A stretch of 64,000 nucleotides of DNA from Pecten maximus. Lineage: Eukaryota. The DNA is taken from NCBI RefSeq assembly GCF_902652985.1, contig NC_047022.1, positions 13,702,001 to 13,766,000 of the forward strand. Reading direction: 5' to 3'. Of this stretch, positions 48,769 through 60,672 are shown in pieces. Made by a program: the position numbers and the translations under genes. The notes under the pieces were generated by a model. The model was given only the letters and a program-made list of their open reading frames with translations. It ran no database searches and was not told where the DNA came from. Within the stretch, counting starts at the first letter, position 1. Every line of letters begins with the position of its first letter.

Positions 48769-51700
48769 TCATTCAAAAGCATTTTTATCAAGACTATTTC
48801 CACGGAGGTACCTCTTGATTCGACTTCTTCTAGATGACCAGTTAGGCACGAGGTCATCTGGTTTCTTGTTGTCATTGTCTGTATCCGCAGAAGCAGCGCC
48901 TTTACTCATTAACAGACGGACGGCGTTAGGGCGGCACCATTTGCAGGCGTAGTGTAAGGGACGCCAGCCCCGTTCATCAACACAGTTCACATCAATGTTA
49001 CAATCTAGAAGATAATTTGCACATTCATCGTTACCGTGCTGACTGGCGTAGTGAATGGGTTGTTTCCCTTTGTCGTCCACAGATGTAATGGATGCTCCCT
49101 TGGCAACCAACATCTTGACAACATCGATATTGCCCCGTCCACACGCATAATGAATGGGTTGCTTCCCCTGATGTCCTCGATGATTCACGTCAATGCCATG
49201 GTTTACAAGCGCCTGTAGACATTTCAGGTTCCCACTCTCACAAGCATAAAATACAGGCTGGTGTCCATGGTCATCCGTAATATTAGGGTTCGCTCCCTTA
49301 GACAACAGCAACGTCACGCAATCTAATCGTCGATCTCGAGCCCAGGCGCAAGCATAATGAAGGGCTGTTTTACCATAACTGTCCACAGCGTTCACATCGC
49401 TAACTACGTTCAAGAGAAGCTCGACACATTGAAAGGAGTTGCTTCCGTCAGATTCCGAACTATGCCCTTTACAGACGGAGTGTAGAGGTACACACATAGA
49501 CGCGTCTTCTCTATCGGGATCTGCACCATTACTTAAAAGAATCGCCACGTTCTTGGGTAAATTCGCCTTACATGCGAAATGTAGAGGAGTTGCCCCCATG
49601 CTATCCGGAGAGTTAGTGTATGCCCCCTTGGATACAAGGTGTCTTATGAGGTCTGGGTAATCTGCAGTTGACGCGTAATGTAGTACAGTCTTATCCATCC
49701 TGTCAGTTACGTTCAACCGAATTCCTTCCTGCAGCAGAAATTGAACACACTCAAGACTTCCAGCCTTGCCCGCATAGTGGATTGCTTGTTTGCCGGTATT
49801 GTCCTTCACCGACAATGACGCATTATTGGTACCGAATTCTTTTAGAATATCTAGATGACCGAATTCACTCGCGAAATGCACTGCCTGTTTACCGTTGTGA
49901 TCTTGGAGATTAACATCCGCCCCATGACGGAGCAATAGTTTAACTAAATCTAGGCTGCCTTTCTTACACGCGACATGGAGACATCGATCACACATGGACC
50001 CATACGCAAAGTTAACCATCGCGCCGTTGTCTAGTAACACTTGCACAACATTCAAGTGTATCCGATTGACAGACTCCATCATACAGATGTCTGGTATAGA
50101 CAGGCGAGATGCGTATTCCAGGTTGTTGTTATCTTTCAATATCTTCTGCTTTTCCATGAGAGCTTTTACGAGAGAGACAAGCCCATTTTGACAAGCCAAA
50201 AACAGAACGGTTTCTTCAAAATGGCTCGTTGACGAGGTCTTTGATTCTACACTAGTGAGCAAATCCATTGCAGCTTGTGGAGGTAGTTTCATTACCCGGT
50301 CAGCAAAAGCCAACTGCATACCCACGTCTCGGATACTCGGATTGATGAACATAGCCCGGATTATACCACGTGACGCGTCTTTAATCCACCTAGCGGCCAA
50401 CACGTGATACTTCGATTTCTTCAATATAATAACGTCGGCGAGACTGTTTGAATTTGCGTCAGGAATATGTTCTGTTCTTATCCTCTTCTCTATGAAGGTC
50501 GACGACGCCACCCGAATTATTTCATTGGGATAGCGTGTACCGAATAGCAGACAAATAGTATCAAAGATGGCGTCATGGATAAATCTAAATTCTTCCTCTA
50601 TTTCTTCAACGTAAACACCGATCATTTCGTCGAGACAATCAACCACTTTGCCACCCTCAGATGCCCGAATACCGTACACCTTCAGGATTGTCTGGAATTT
50701 TGTTTGCACCTGTTCATCACACGGTGAGAACTGATCAAAGACATCCCGCGGAAGCCTACCGTCAAACATCATGATAAGCACCAAGCCACAGAACGCGTGA
50801 ACATCGGTTGTGGCCAAAAGTTGTAACTGGCTGTGCAAGATAGAAAGCGTCTGGTCTAAGTACACGTCTAATTCCTGCATACGTTTGTCATTGGCAAACA
50901 TCTTACAAAGGAGAGGGAAGCCGGGTACATAAACGTTTGCATTTGTTAATCCTAACTGTGGCGGGAAAAGGCCATGTCCTTGGCAATGATTTGCAGCTAT
51001 CCTTTTTTTCTCTATCATACTGAGGCGATATTCATCCCCAGAGAGGTCGACAAGATTGTCCCGGTAAGAAGGACATTTATACAATAATGACTGACACTTC
51101 ATGTAAACATGCTTTCGTGATGTTAAGAGAAGTTTGCACTTGTCCAGTTTGATGAGGCTTTCAATTTTATCATGAAGTCGCGTCCATGTTTCCAAAAGTC
51201 TCATATTCATTGTTGGTGTTCCAAAAGCATCATCCACAAAATATACTATTTGCTTTTCGTCGTCATAGATACGTTCTATGAGGGCAGGGTCGGATAAAAC
51301 AAGAACGGCTAAACCTTCATTTTGGAGCTGGTTCAGTAGGTTAACAGCTATGGCAGACTTTCCATCACCCGGGTTACCAATTAGAGTTATCGTTCCTTTC
51401 GAGGAAAGGAGGTTGAACGCCTCTTTTGCAGCACGTGTATTGACAAATTGACTTTTATCTTTCATTTGGAACTCTAGAAATCTCTGGGTCTGATCTGTAA
51501 ACAAAAAATGGATTATTGACCGTTCTTGTACAGTATGACATTTTGATGAGCAACCCCAACACCATCCCTCATACACTGTCCTTACAATAGATTGCTCTTA
51601 CATGAAAATCTTCATATTTTCATCAAATTCAAAGAGCATTTTAAATGGTTATAAAAGCATTTTAAACTACATACAACACTGATTTTTTTCGCTCTCTTTT

Positions 51701-53243
51701 TTGTTTGTTTTTGTTTGTTTTTGTTTTTGTTTTGTTTTTTTTTTGTCTCGAAAATGTATTTTCAATTGTCAATGCTGCCCTCAAGCATCACTGACCGGTC
51801 CTAGATACACAAAATAGCTGTATGGTGTAGTCTCATACTTATCATTCGACAATTCTGTGGCAATAATCGTATTTAAATGTCACTGTTTTGTTAACGTATG
51901 TGTCGTTTGGACAGTCTTTATCAGCATTCCGTTGTGGAGTAAAAACCAACCTTCCTTGGGCAGTCAGATGTCTTAAGAAAAGTATATACATAACACGTAC
52001 CCATGTACATCTGCATGTCGCCCTGTATATGACCAAAGCGGATCTTTCTCAGTGTGGCGTGGAAATCGACCAGGTTTCCATTGCTTTCATTAACTTGGGG
52101 TCCCGTATCCGGATCTGTTTGGAGTTCAAAAATTAACATTAGTACCGAGTAAACAACTACTCTTCAAAGAAGAAGTGTTAAAAGCTAAAAACAAAAAGGT
52201 AAAAAGAAAACCCAAGCAAACAGACAAAACACACACAAAACAAAACATTCTTATGTGTGAATATCACGAGACCACTGTCGATAAAGTTTACATTTTTTAA
52301 TTCTTATAGTGAGTGTTAACATGAAAACGTCGTGTCCATATATAATAGCAGTGCATTGACGATACTTACCTAATAAGGAAGTGTTACGAAATAAATCTAG
52401 GGGAAAATTATTCAGCTAAAATAATATATGGCAACTAAAATCTAAACTTCGATTTGCAAGGATTCAGTACGTTTGCAAACTGAGAAAATGGACCTAACAC
52501 TTTAAACCAAACAGTGCCATACCATCGAAATCACTGTTGAGCTTCTGTACCAAGTCGTAGCGGTCAACTCCCGCCAAAGACCGCGTCAGCAGCGGAAGAG
52601 GATCAACGCGATGCTTCAAGACCGTCTCGTGCCACTTGGCAAGCATGCACGCGATGCATTGTTGTATGTTGTAAGGGAAAGCTGATCGGAGGTGGTCCAG
52701 CTGAGAATCACTGAAGCCCAACTCGTAGGCCAAAAGACTCCACTCTTTCCCGATCTCTAGCGACAACTGGCCAAAATCTGTGGATAAATTATTACACAAT
52801 ATAACATTGCTTCACCCAGATAAGATATGGAAAACTCTCCTCTCAAAACAATTTGAATTGATAAGCCTAAATTTGCTTGGATAATGTACTCTTACAATGA
52901 CATATTGATTTTACGGTCGATTGTACATGATACGTTAGAATACATTTTGATATAAATGTTGACTTATAACCTTTTGGTTTTCTTAATTTTCTGGATTTCA
53001 ACACTATTGCCCACTCGTATTATAACGAATCCTGTATGCATAATTATATATACCGTGTGTAATGCGTCACAATAGCGAGAGTTTGTTTTCTGTCGACGAA
53101 TTATTGCAGTTATGCAGTAATTCTTAGTGTCGACTTTTGCAGGCTGACAGTCGAACTTTGATATTTTTTATACTTTGATCAATCTATCTGAGAGTGATCA
53201 CCAAAACGTAAAAATGGAAAAAAAGTAACTGACCACTGTCCAT
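48769..53243 (-). CDS. DEATH domain - STAND (nSTAND3-like) NTPase - ~13 ankyrin repeats, NLR-like protein, ~1034 aa; exons 53243-53234, 52777-52523, 52114-52001, 51494-48769
   Basis: Death-like LSLEIGKEWSLLAYELGFSDSQLDHL...QQCIACMLAKW...LAGVDRYDLV; Walker A GNPGDGKS; Walker B YFVDDAFG; LLTSR; about 13 ANK repeats. All introns are phase 1 GT-AG and the total of 3,105 nt is in frame. Confidence 0.88.
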
Positions 53244-54224
53244 ATTGACACATTAACAAGCAGATAGTCTTCCTGTGTTCTCCGACATCTTGTAAATGAA
53301 CTATGTTATAATATATATGTACATTATAATCCTATATGCTGCATGCTGAATACAGAATAAATAAAATTGTAAAAGTGTATCTTTTGTATCGGTAACCTCA
53401 GCTTTCTACCTGTATTTTGAACAACAACTATTTGATCTAAAGGTGACGTATTGCCTTGGAAGATATTCGGACAACAAAACATCAAGTTGAAAGTCGGAAA
53501 GGCGATTGCAGTATGCATTAATCAAATATGAAATATATGCTAGATTACAAGTAAAAGTTTGTGTGGCTCTTCAGAAGTGTATAGATACATATAAGCCTAC
53601 ATTAGCATTAAACACAAAGGTCCAAAGTCAAGGGTTTCAGTCGATTACGTACTTATCTAAATATATCTATAATATCTCTAAGTATATTTTTAATTGTCTG
53701 TGTCGCTAGTACAAACATTTGATAGCGATGTAACTGCGTTGTAAAAACATAACAACATGTACAGTGTACACTGTGATACCAACAACATCGGTGATGAACT
53801 TCATTATTTATCATAAAATGCCCATTTGCGACTGTTAAACGAAAAGTATATCATAAAAAATACTTTCATTCCATACTAATATTTTTAAATAGACACTGCT
53901 GATTGACTCTATCAACATAAAAACTCTAATAATTTATGTAAAGTTATCAAAGTACTGTTTTAAAAAGTTTTTATTTGTCCTCCATATAGATATATATTGT
54001 TTTTGTTGAATGTTGCAAATATGTATTGAGAAGGGAATAGATAAAATATAAAGCACGTTCATGTACAGCAGTATTTTATAGTTTCTATATGCAGTTGCTC
54101 ATCGTCCTAGACACGATATAAGGTACATGTACGCATTACACACATAAAGGGCATACCGATCTACGTCATTGACCACATAACATCACATATAGTGTGTTTA
54201 CGGTCTATTGCCTACACATGTGGA

Positions 54225-54275
54225 TATATAAACTACTTACATTTAACGTCCATATTTGACCGGAAGTGGTCTCCT
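54225..54275 (-). promoter_or_regulatory. Candidate promoter/first non-coding exon of the DEATH-STAND-ANK gene
   Basis: ETS-type ACCGGAAGT at ~54259 and a minus-strand GTAAGT donor at ~54240. Confidence 0.3.
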
Positions 54276-54893
54276 GGTGTTTAACATCGTCACGCATGTC
54301 GGCCAATCATCATCAGTGTGTTGTTTAAAGTCGCATGTCGATTTCGTCCTCATTTGGGTGGAGCCTCTCCTACACATGTTGACACATATTGTCTTTGCTA
54401 ATAGGTCTGGTGTACGTTTTACTACCTTCACTAAACCGATCCCTCTTCTAAACTCAGTAAGTTTTATCTACACAATATAGATCCTGGTTTCCACGAACTT
54501 TCAACCAACAGGTCACATTGATGAGAGCTGTGTTGCACTTAATATACAACGACCCACCACTAGTAAAATTAGCACTCAAAATGTCACGTTTAACAGTTCA
54601 AGGTCACTGATGCGTGGCGTAATAGGAAACCAGCATTTATTTCTCTAGTGTGCGAATTTTTCAGTGGGCCACACAAACTCTGTCTTTGAAAGTTTCAGAG
54701 AAAGAAAGATAATCATGTATATTCATTGCTATTCGCGAAAGTATATAAATTCCATACTTGTAACTTTACGTTAAAATATTAAAAATGAAATACAAAATTG
54801 AAGTTGAAAAAATTATTAGTTACGTTTTGCATGTGACATAATAAAACGAGTACTCCTATCTATTCAAATAGACACAACCATAATAGCAATTAA

Positions 54894-55135
54894 NNNNNNN
54901 NNNNNNNNNNNNNNNNNNNNNNNNNNNNNNNNNNNNNNNNNNNNNNNNNNNNNNNNNNNNNNNNNNNNNNNNNNNNNNNNNNNNNNNNNNNNNNNNNNNN
55001 NNNNNNNNNNNNNNNNNNNNNNNNNNNNNNNNNNNNNNNNNNNNNNNNNNNNNNNNNNNNNNNNNNNNNNNNNNNNNNNNNNNNNNNNNNNNNNNNNNNN
55101 NNNNNNNNNNNNNNNNNNNNNNNNNNNNNNNNNNN
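54894..55135. other. Assembly gap (242 N)
   Basis: Run of N. Confidence 1.
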
Positions 55136-55843
55136 GTCATTAAATTTTCCAAATAAACGTTCAATTAATTAGTTTGATATAAAACATGGTGTTGACATTA
55201 TAGAGTGAGTAAAGCGATATACTTACCTCGGATAATGCCGAGTGCTTGAGGGCTCGATAAAAAACCGCGCTAGGACGTTGGCCGATGTTTTAGATCGAAT
55301 ATTTATTATTTTGAAATTAATTTGAAATACATATTCATCCCATAACTGCACCCATTTCACAACTGATATGCCATGTGATAAACTTCGAAACTGTGTGTAA
55401 TTGTTTGTTTACACACCACTTCCAAATGAAAGCCTCCGATTGGTTTTCTCTGACCTCCCAACAATTTTGATTGGTTAGCCTTCGACTTTTGACACCGGAC
55501 TACTTCTACTATCTTGTCTTCTTTTGATTTTTTTGTCGTCTGTCAATCAAAATCATCAACATGACCACGTTTTCTGGATTTGTGGGCAGTTAACCTTGCG
55601 GTGCATATCTATGAAAACCCCCTCCTCTCATCATCAAGAATCGGGTCAGTATATTTTAATACTCTTTTCTATGCGAATTTCAAAGTTTTCAAATATGATG
55701 TTATACTACTTTTGTATAATACCAAACAATGTTTTCGGACATTCAACATACAAAACAAAATTTCTAATAAATATTACTCCAGGATAATAATTTAACTAGA
55801 TAGAGGTATTGATCATGGAAGCCGGTGTAGAATATACCCCTAC

Positions 55844-58800
55844 CTTCAGGTTGGAGAAGCCAGGATGGTCTGCTGTCGTTCGCAGGCTGGTCAGTCTGTA
55901 TCCAGCAGTCACACCGGAATATGTACATCCGTCCACTTTCGCTCTCCATCCTCACCTAAAGGACATACTTGATCGTGAATAGTCAATCTTGACTAATAAA
56001 CAACATTCATTTACACGACAGATTTCTTCTTAATTTTTATAATTCCTTAATCGTACTGAGTATCATAAGCTTTCGTCAATTTCCGGTTTTACCGGGAGTA
56101 GGATGTTATCTATTATGGATAAAGTAGGGATAGATTTAATGTGGTTTGTTTGTTAATATGCTAAGTCGTGTGTATGTTACCGTTACGTCCTTCCGTCCGT
56201 CCGTCTGTACGGACGTACGCAGTATTTGCGTCCATATGTTTGCACTGTATATATATGCAGTGTACTGATGAACCAAATGGTTTAAAGTAATAAAGAACAT
56301 GAACATGTAGTATTCTTTGTGTTGTTCGTATCCTACACAGCGTTACGTCTTAGTGTGCCAAATTGCGTCTTGTGTTCTGATTGGTCAGTTTATTGTGGTC
56401 GTTGTATTTGTGTGGTCAGTTGGTGGGAGTACATTCCAATCCGGGTAGACAGACGTATTTACCGAGACGACAAAGACAAGTCAGAGACATGCAAGTTATA
56501 CGTCCGTTAATTAACACCACGAATTATCATATCGTTATACTTGTATATCACTTGTCTAATGATGTAATATACATTGAAACTATTCTATCATGTATATTAT
56601 ACATTTAGAGATTTGCTAAATGTAAACAGGGCAGTACTTGTCATTTCAGTAAGATATTTGTGTATACTATTTGAAAAGACTAAAATCAATTTAAAAGACT
56701 GTGCTATCATGTATTCCGCCACACGTGTAATAGTAAGTGTGCATTGTATTATTTTTGTATTTTTCTACCTGCATACAGATGTACATGTACGTATAGCTAG
56801 CACCAAACGCAGGTAGGTCAAAGCCAATATAAATATTTATGATAAGTATATTTAATGTTTATTTAATATCAGAAATATTTAAGTGTTGATTAATAATTTC
56901 AATGTTATTTATTTCCATTTGCAAAGTGATTGTATTGGTTATTTGGATCGAAACAGGACAAGATGATAGCATCTGTATTGTAAGAGTTATGTCCCTTTAA
57001 TGTACGTCTACGTGTGTGCTGTGAATGCGTGTGACAAAATAAATGTCATCTATATTTGTTACAGGGTTCCATTCACACCATGTCTATTCGACAATAAATC
57101 CATAATTGGAACTCAGCATGTGGTTGTGTGCTGTATCCGATCACTGAGGCACTCCGTTTACATAAATACAGATGTGTTAATGGAACCGCAATTGAAGATC
57201 TATAAAACACTGACAAACATGACGCATACCAGGATTAAGGTCCATGACAACAGTCGCATGCTTAAAACGTTTCCATATATCAACATTTAACAAGGACAAA
57301 CTACGACCAATAAATAAAGGCATGCATGAAGTCTTTGGAAACAAGTACACTTCGAATAGGACCTTGTACTCCGGAATAGTAAGGACGTGCCAGGTTTTAG
57401 AGGTGGAGGAGAGCCGGAGTATCCGGAGAAAAACCACCGGCCTACAGTCAGTACCTGGAAACTGTCCCACGTAGGTTTCGAACCCAGAGGTGGAGGGCTA
57501 GTGATAAAGTGTCGGGACACCTTAACCACTCTGCCACCGCGGCCCCTACGGAAGGAGTAAGCGTTTTCTGCTTCATTGACACCCACCGTAAAAATCTAGG
57601 TAAAGTCGGATTAAGTCACATTCTCAAAATGATAATAACGTTAGTCCAACGGATTTCATTTAAGTCTGTTATTGAAGTATATTACCTTTCGTACACGTAG
57701 CCCATCATCCCCGGCTTGGTATAACCTGATGTAGTTGACTATTCCGATGTTTCTGCTTAACATAAAAGACTTTCGACTTATCTCACCGCTTCGAAAATTG
57801 TTTCCTAGATAGAGTCTCGAATCATTCGATACAGTACCTAGGACGTCCATAAAAAGCTGGTTATTAGATTGGGCGTTGACCCTGGTATCGATGTATATAG
57901 ACACTTCCCATTGTTCACCTAAAACGAAGAAAGGAAAACAAAAATCTAAACAAAACAAATACGATTTGGTGGTAATAAATGGATAAACCCGGTTTATGAC
58001 CTCAAACATTTACACACGATATCAATACTAAACATGGATTCGATATTAGCGATAGATTATATATTGTATGAACATATAAAAATAGCAATTATTTATCAGA
58101 AATTGGCAGCAAGTGGAATCGCTTCACCCAGATAAACTATACATTGTATCTGGTATTTATCGAATGTTTAACAATTTAAACCATACCCGATATGAACCGT
58201 AGCCTCACCCTAACCATAACTGATATTAACCAAACGTTCACCCTTATACACGGCGACTGATATTAACAAATGTTCACCCATATAAACCATAACTGATATT
58301 AACCAAACGTTCACCCTTATACACGGCGACTGATATTAACCGAATGTTCACCCATATAAACCATAACCGATATCAACCGAATGTTCAACCATATAAACCA
58401 TAACTGGAACTAACAAATGTTCAACCGTATAAACCAGAACTGATATCAATCAAATGTTTACCCGTATAAACCATAACTGATATTAACCGAATGTTCAACC
58501 ATAACTGATATTAACCGAATGTTCAACCATAACTGATATTAACCGAATGTTCAACCATATAAACCATAACTGATAGTGATCAAATGTTCAACCATATAAA
58601 CCATAACCGATCTTAACCGAATGTTCAACCATATAAACCATAACTGATATTAACCATATATTCACCAATAACACCGCTTTTGGTCCATTTTCTTATCTTT
58701 AAATCAAAATAGCACGGCATAAGAATAACATGCATTGATATATAAGGTTTCTAAACCAAGGTACGTTATTGAAGTTTGTTTGCACTTGATATTGTGGTCG

Positions 58801-60431
58801 GACTGAACTAAGTTTAAAGTTAATTGAAACTCACCCCCTCTTCCGACTTTTCGAGTAGTACACCTTGTTGATATAGCAGATAATAAATATTGTTTTTCAA
58901 TTTGCTAACCAGAAGCAGACATTTGTGCCCATACAAACCATAACTGATATTCAACCAAATATTAAACTGAATGAGGATAGTATTCTGCGCCGAGGGTTGA
59001 ATCCTACCAAATGAGCAAGGGTCAATAGCTACCTATACAGACTCCCTCATCAAGGTGATAGCCGTCCACACACGCATCGCATTTGCCGGTCTGACATGTT
59101 ACACGTACTACAGTAGCACAGTGTGGAATGGGATCATTCCAGTAGCAATCTGAGGTTAAAAGAAAAAAAGGTGGCATTTATTGGTTTACATAACGAGTAT
59201 CTGCCTTAATGTACTTATCAACGGACACTCTCTATACGTGTTTTGATTAGTTAACACTGTAACCTTTGACCTGGACTAATTTTTAATCACAGGGGTTTGA
59301 TTGGCAAACACTTGAAGGCCGCTTCTCGGTGTCGCGGAAATGATGACACACACAAGGTAGCTCGCAATGGTCTTTGTGATGATTTAATTTCATGTCGATT
59401 TCTATCCAATTATTGCTTTGAAAAATGATTGATACTAAATTGCAATAACTGCACATATTTTAGAAATTGTAAGTTTTGCATATTGATAAGCAGCTTGTCA
59501 CTTTAGGTCACATCCTGCCAGTAGATGAAAACACAAACATTTTTAGAAGTGTGCAAAATCATTTAAAATCCACCTAAAGGTTTTGGTAATATGTTATGAT
59601 ATACATCTTTTTTTTTAATTATTTGTAAAAAAAAAGAATAAAAAAAAAAGGTATTCATTGTGATCACGTTATGCTGTTTCTCAATTAATATATTATGTAT
59701 TGCGGAGAAGGACTTAGTTATGTTGCCTAATCTTTAATGCATTTAAATCAAATAAAAAGGTTTTTTTAAATCAAGATAACCATACCTGATATTATGAAAA
59801 GAACACACGTGACACAAAACAGGTCAATTCATCCTCATAGTAGTTTTTGTGGTAGAAACAGGTAACACAAACTCGTGGATGTTGTATATGGTATTTCTTG
59901 CTTGAGCTCGTGTTTTTGTAAATAACGAGAGTGAAAGTAATACTCGCTATGTATATAACGAGCTATTTTCCCTGTTCCCGTGGAATTCGTTATGAATTAA
60001 TTTTCCTGTATATAGATTATTCTAGAAATGATAGCATCTGGGCCTAGCGTTTAACATGTGATTAACCTAATCAATTAATAAGTGAAATATTATTTCTCCT
60101 TTAATTCAAAAATATTTCTCAAACCAAGCAGGTAAAAACTGATGAGTGTTATATTTTCATAAACTTTTGTCAAGCTAGTTTGACCAGATATGATTGTATC
60201 AGGATTTTTAAAATTGTTGTTCAATTGTGATAAATCTAATGATCTTTAGAGCAACTAGTCCTTGTAGTAACTATTGATGTAGATAAGGATGATGAAATAT
60301 GTGCAAACTGAATCCCTACCTTCAGATTTGAGAAGCCATGATGGTTTACTATCGTCTGCCGGTTGGTCAGTCTGTATCCAGCAGTCACACCGGAACGTGT
60401 ACATCCGTCCACCAACACTCTCCATCCTCAC
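55844..60431 (-). CDS. Part of a tandem PLAT/LH2-domain gene; exons 60431-60320, 57918-57686, 55955-55844
   Basis: WEVSIYID...LFMDVLGT...NNFRSGE...NIGIVNYIRL...GDDGLRVRK|VRMES..GRMYxFRCDCWI is a PLAT-like pattern. The two 112-bp exons are paralogous duplicates; phases 0/1 are compatible. Confidence 0.7.
57378..57546 (-). mobile_element. tRNA-derived SINE with V-type core motif
   Basis: GGGGCCGCGGTGGCAGAGTGGTTAAGG (A box), GGTTCGAAAC (B box), GGTTTTTCTCCGGATACTCCGGCTCTCCTCCAC core. Confidence 0.8.
58180..58670. repeat. ~28-38-bp minisatellite (aaccataactgatattaaccgaatgttcaaccatata)
   Basis: About 13 degenerate tandem copies. Confidence 0.9.
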
Positions 60432-60450
60432 CTAAACAAAAAATATGTTC

Positions 60451-60546
60451 TGCAACTGCCCCCGTGGGCTCCGAACTCGTGACCCAGAGCTGGAGGGCTA
60501 GTGAAAAAGCGTTGGGACATCTTGACCACTCGGCCACCGCCGCCCC
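60451..60546 (-). mobile_element. Truncated copy of the same tRNA-SINE head
   Basis: GGGGCGGCGGTGGCCGAGTGGTCAAGATGTCCC...CACTAGCCCTCCA matches 57490-57546. Confidence 0.75.
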
Positions 60547-60672
60547 AACCTTCCAGTCCATGAGAAATAAAACAATATGTTCTGGAAGGGCTATGAACGA
60601 CACCCGACAGGAAGGTAAAATTCCCAGAGGATATCACGATCTCAAAATGAGGATTATGGTTTTATATTAGTT

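Noticed and set aside
54856-55164. 102-aa ORF
   Set aside because: Artefact spanning the N gap.
57378-57546. Functional tRNA gene
   Set aside because: The tRNA-like head continues into a SINE core and a diverged second copy lies at 60451-60546; no clean cloverleaf.
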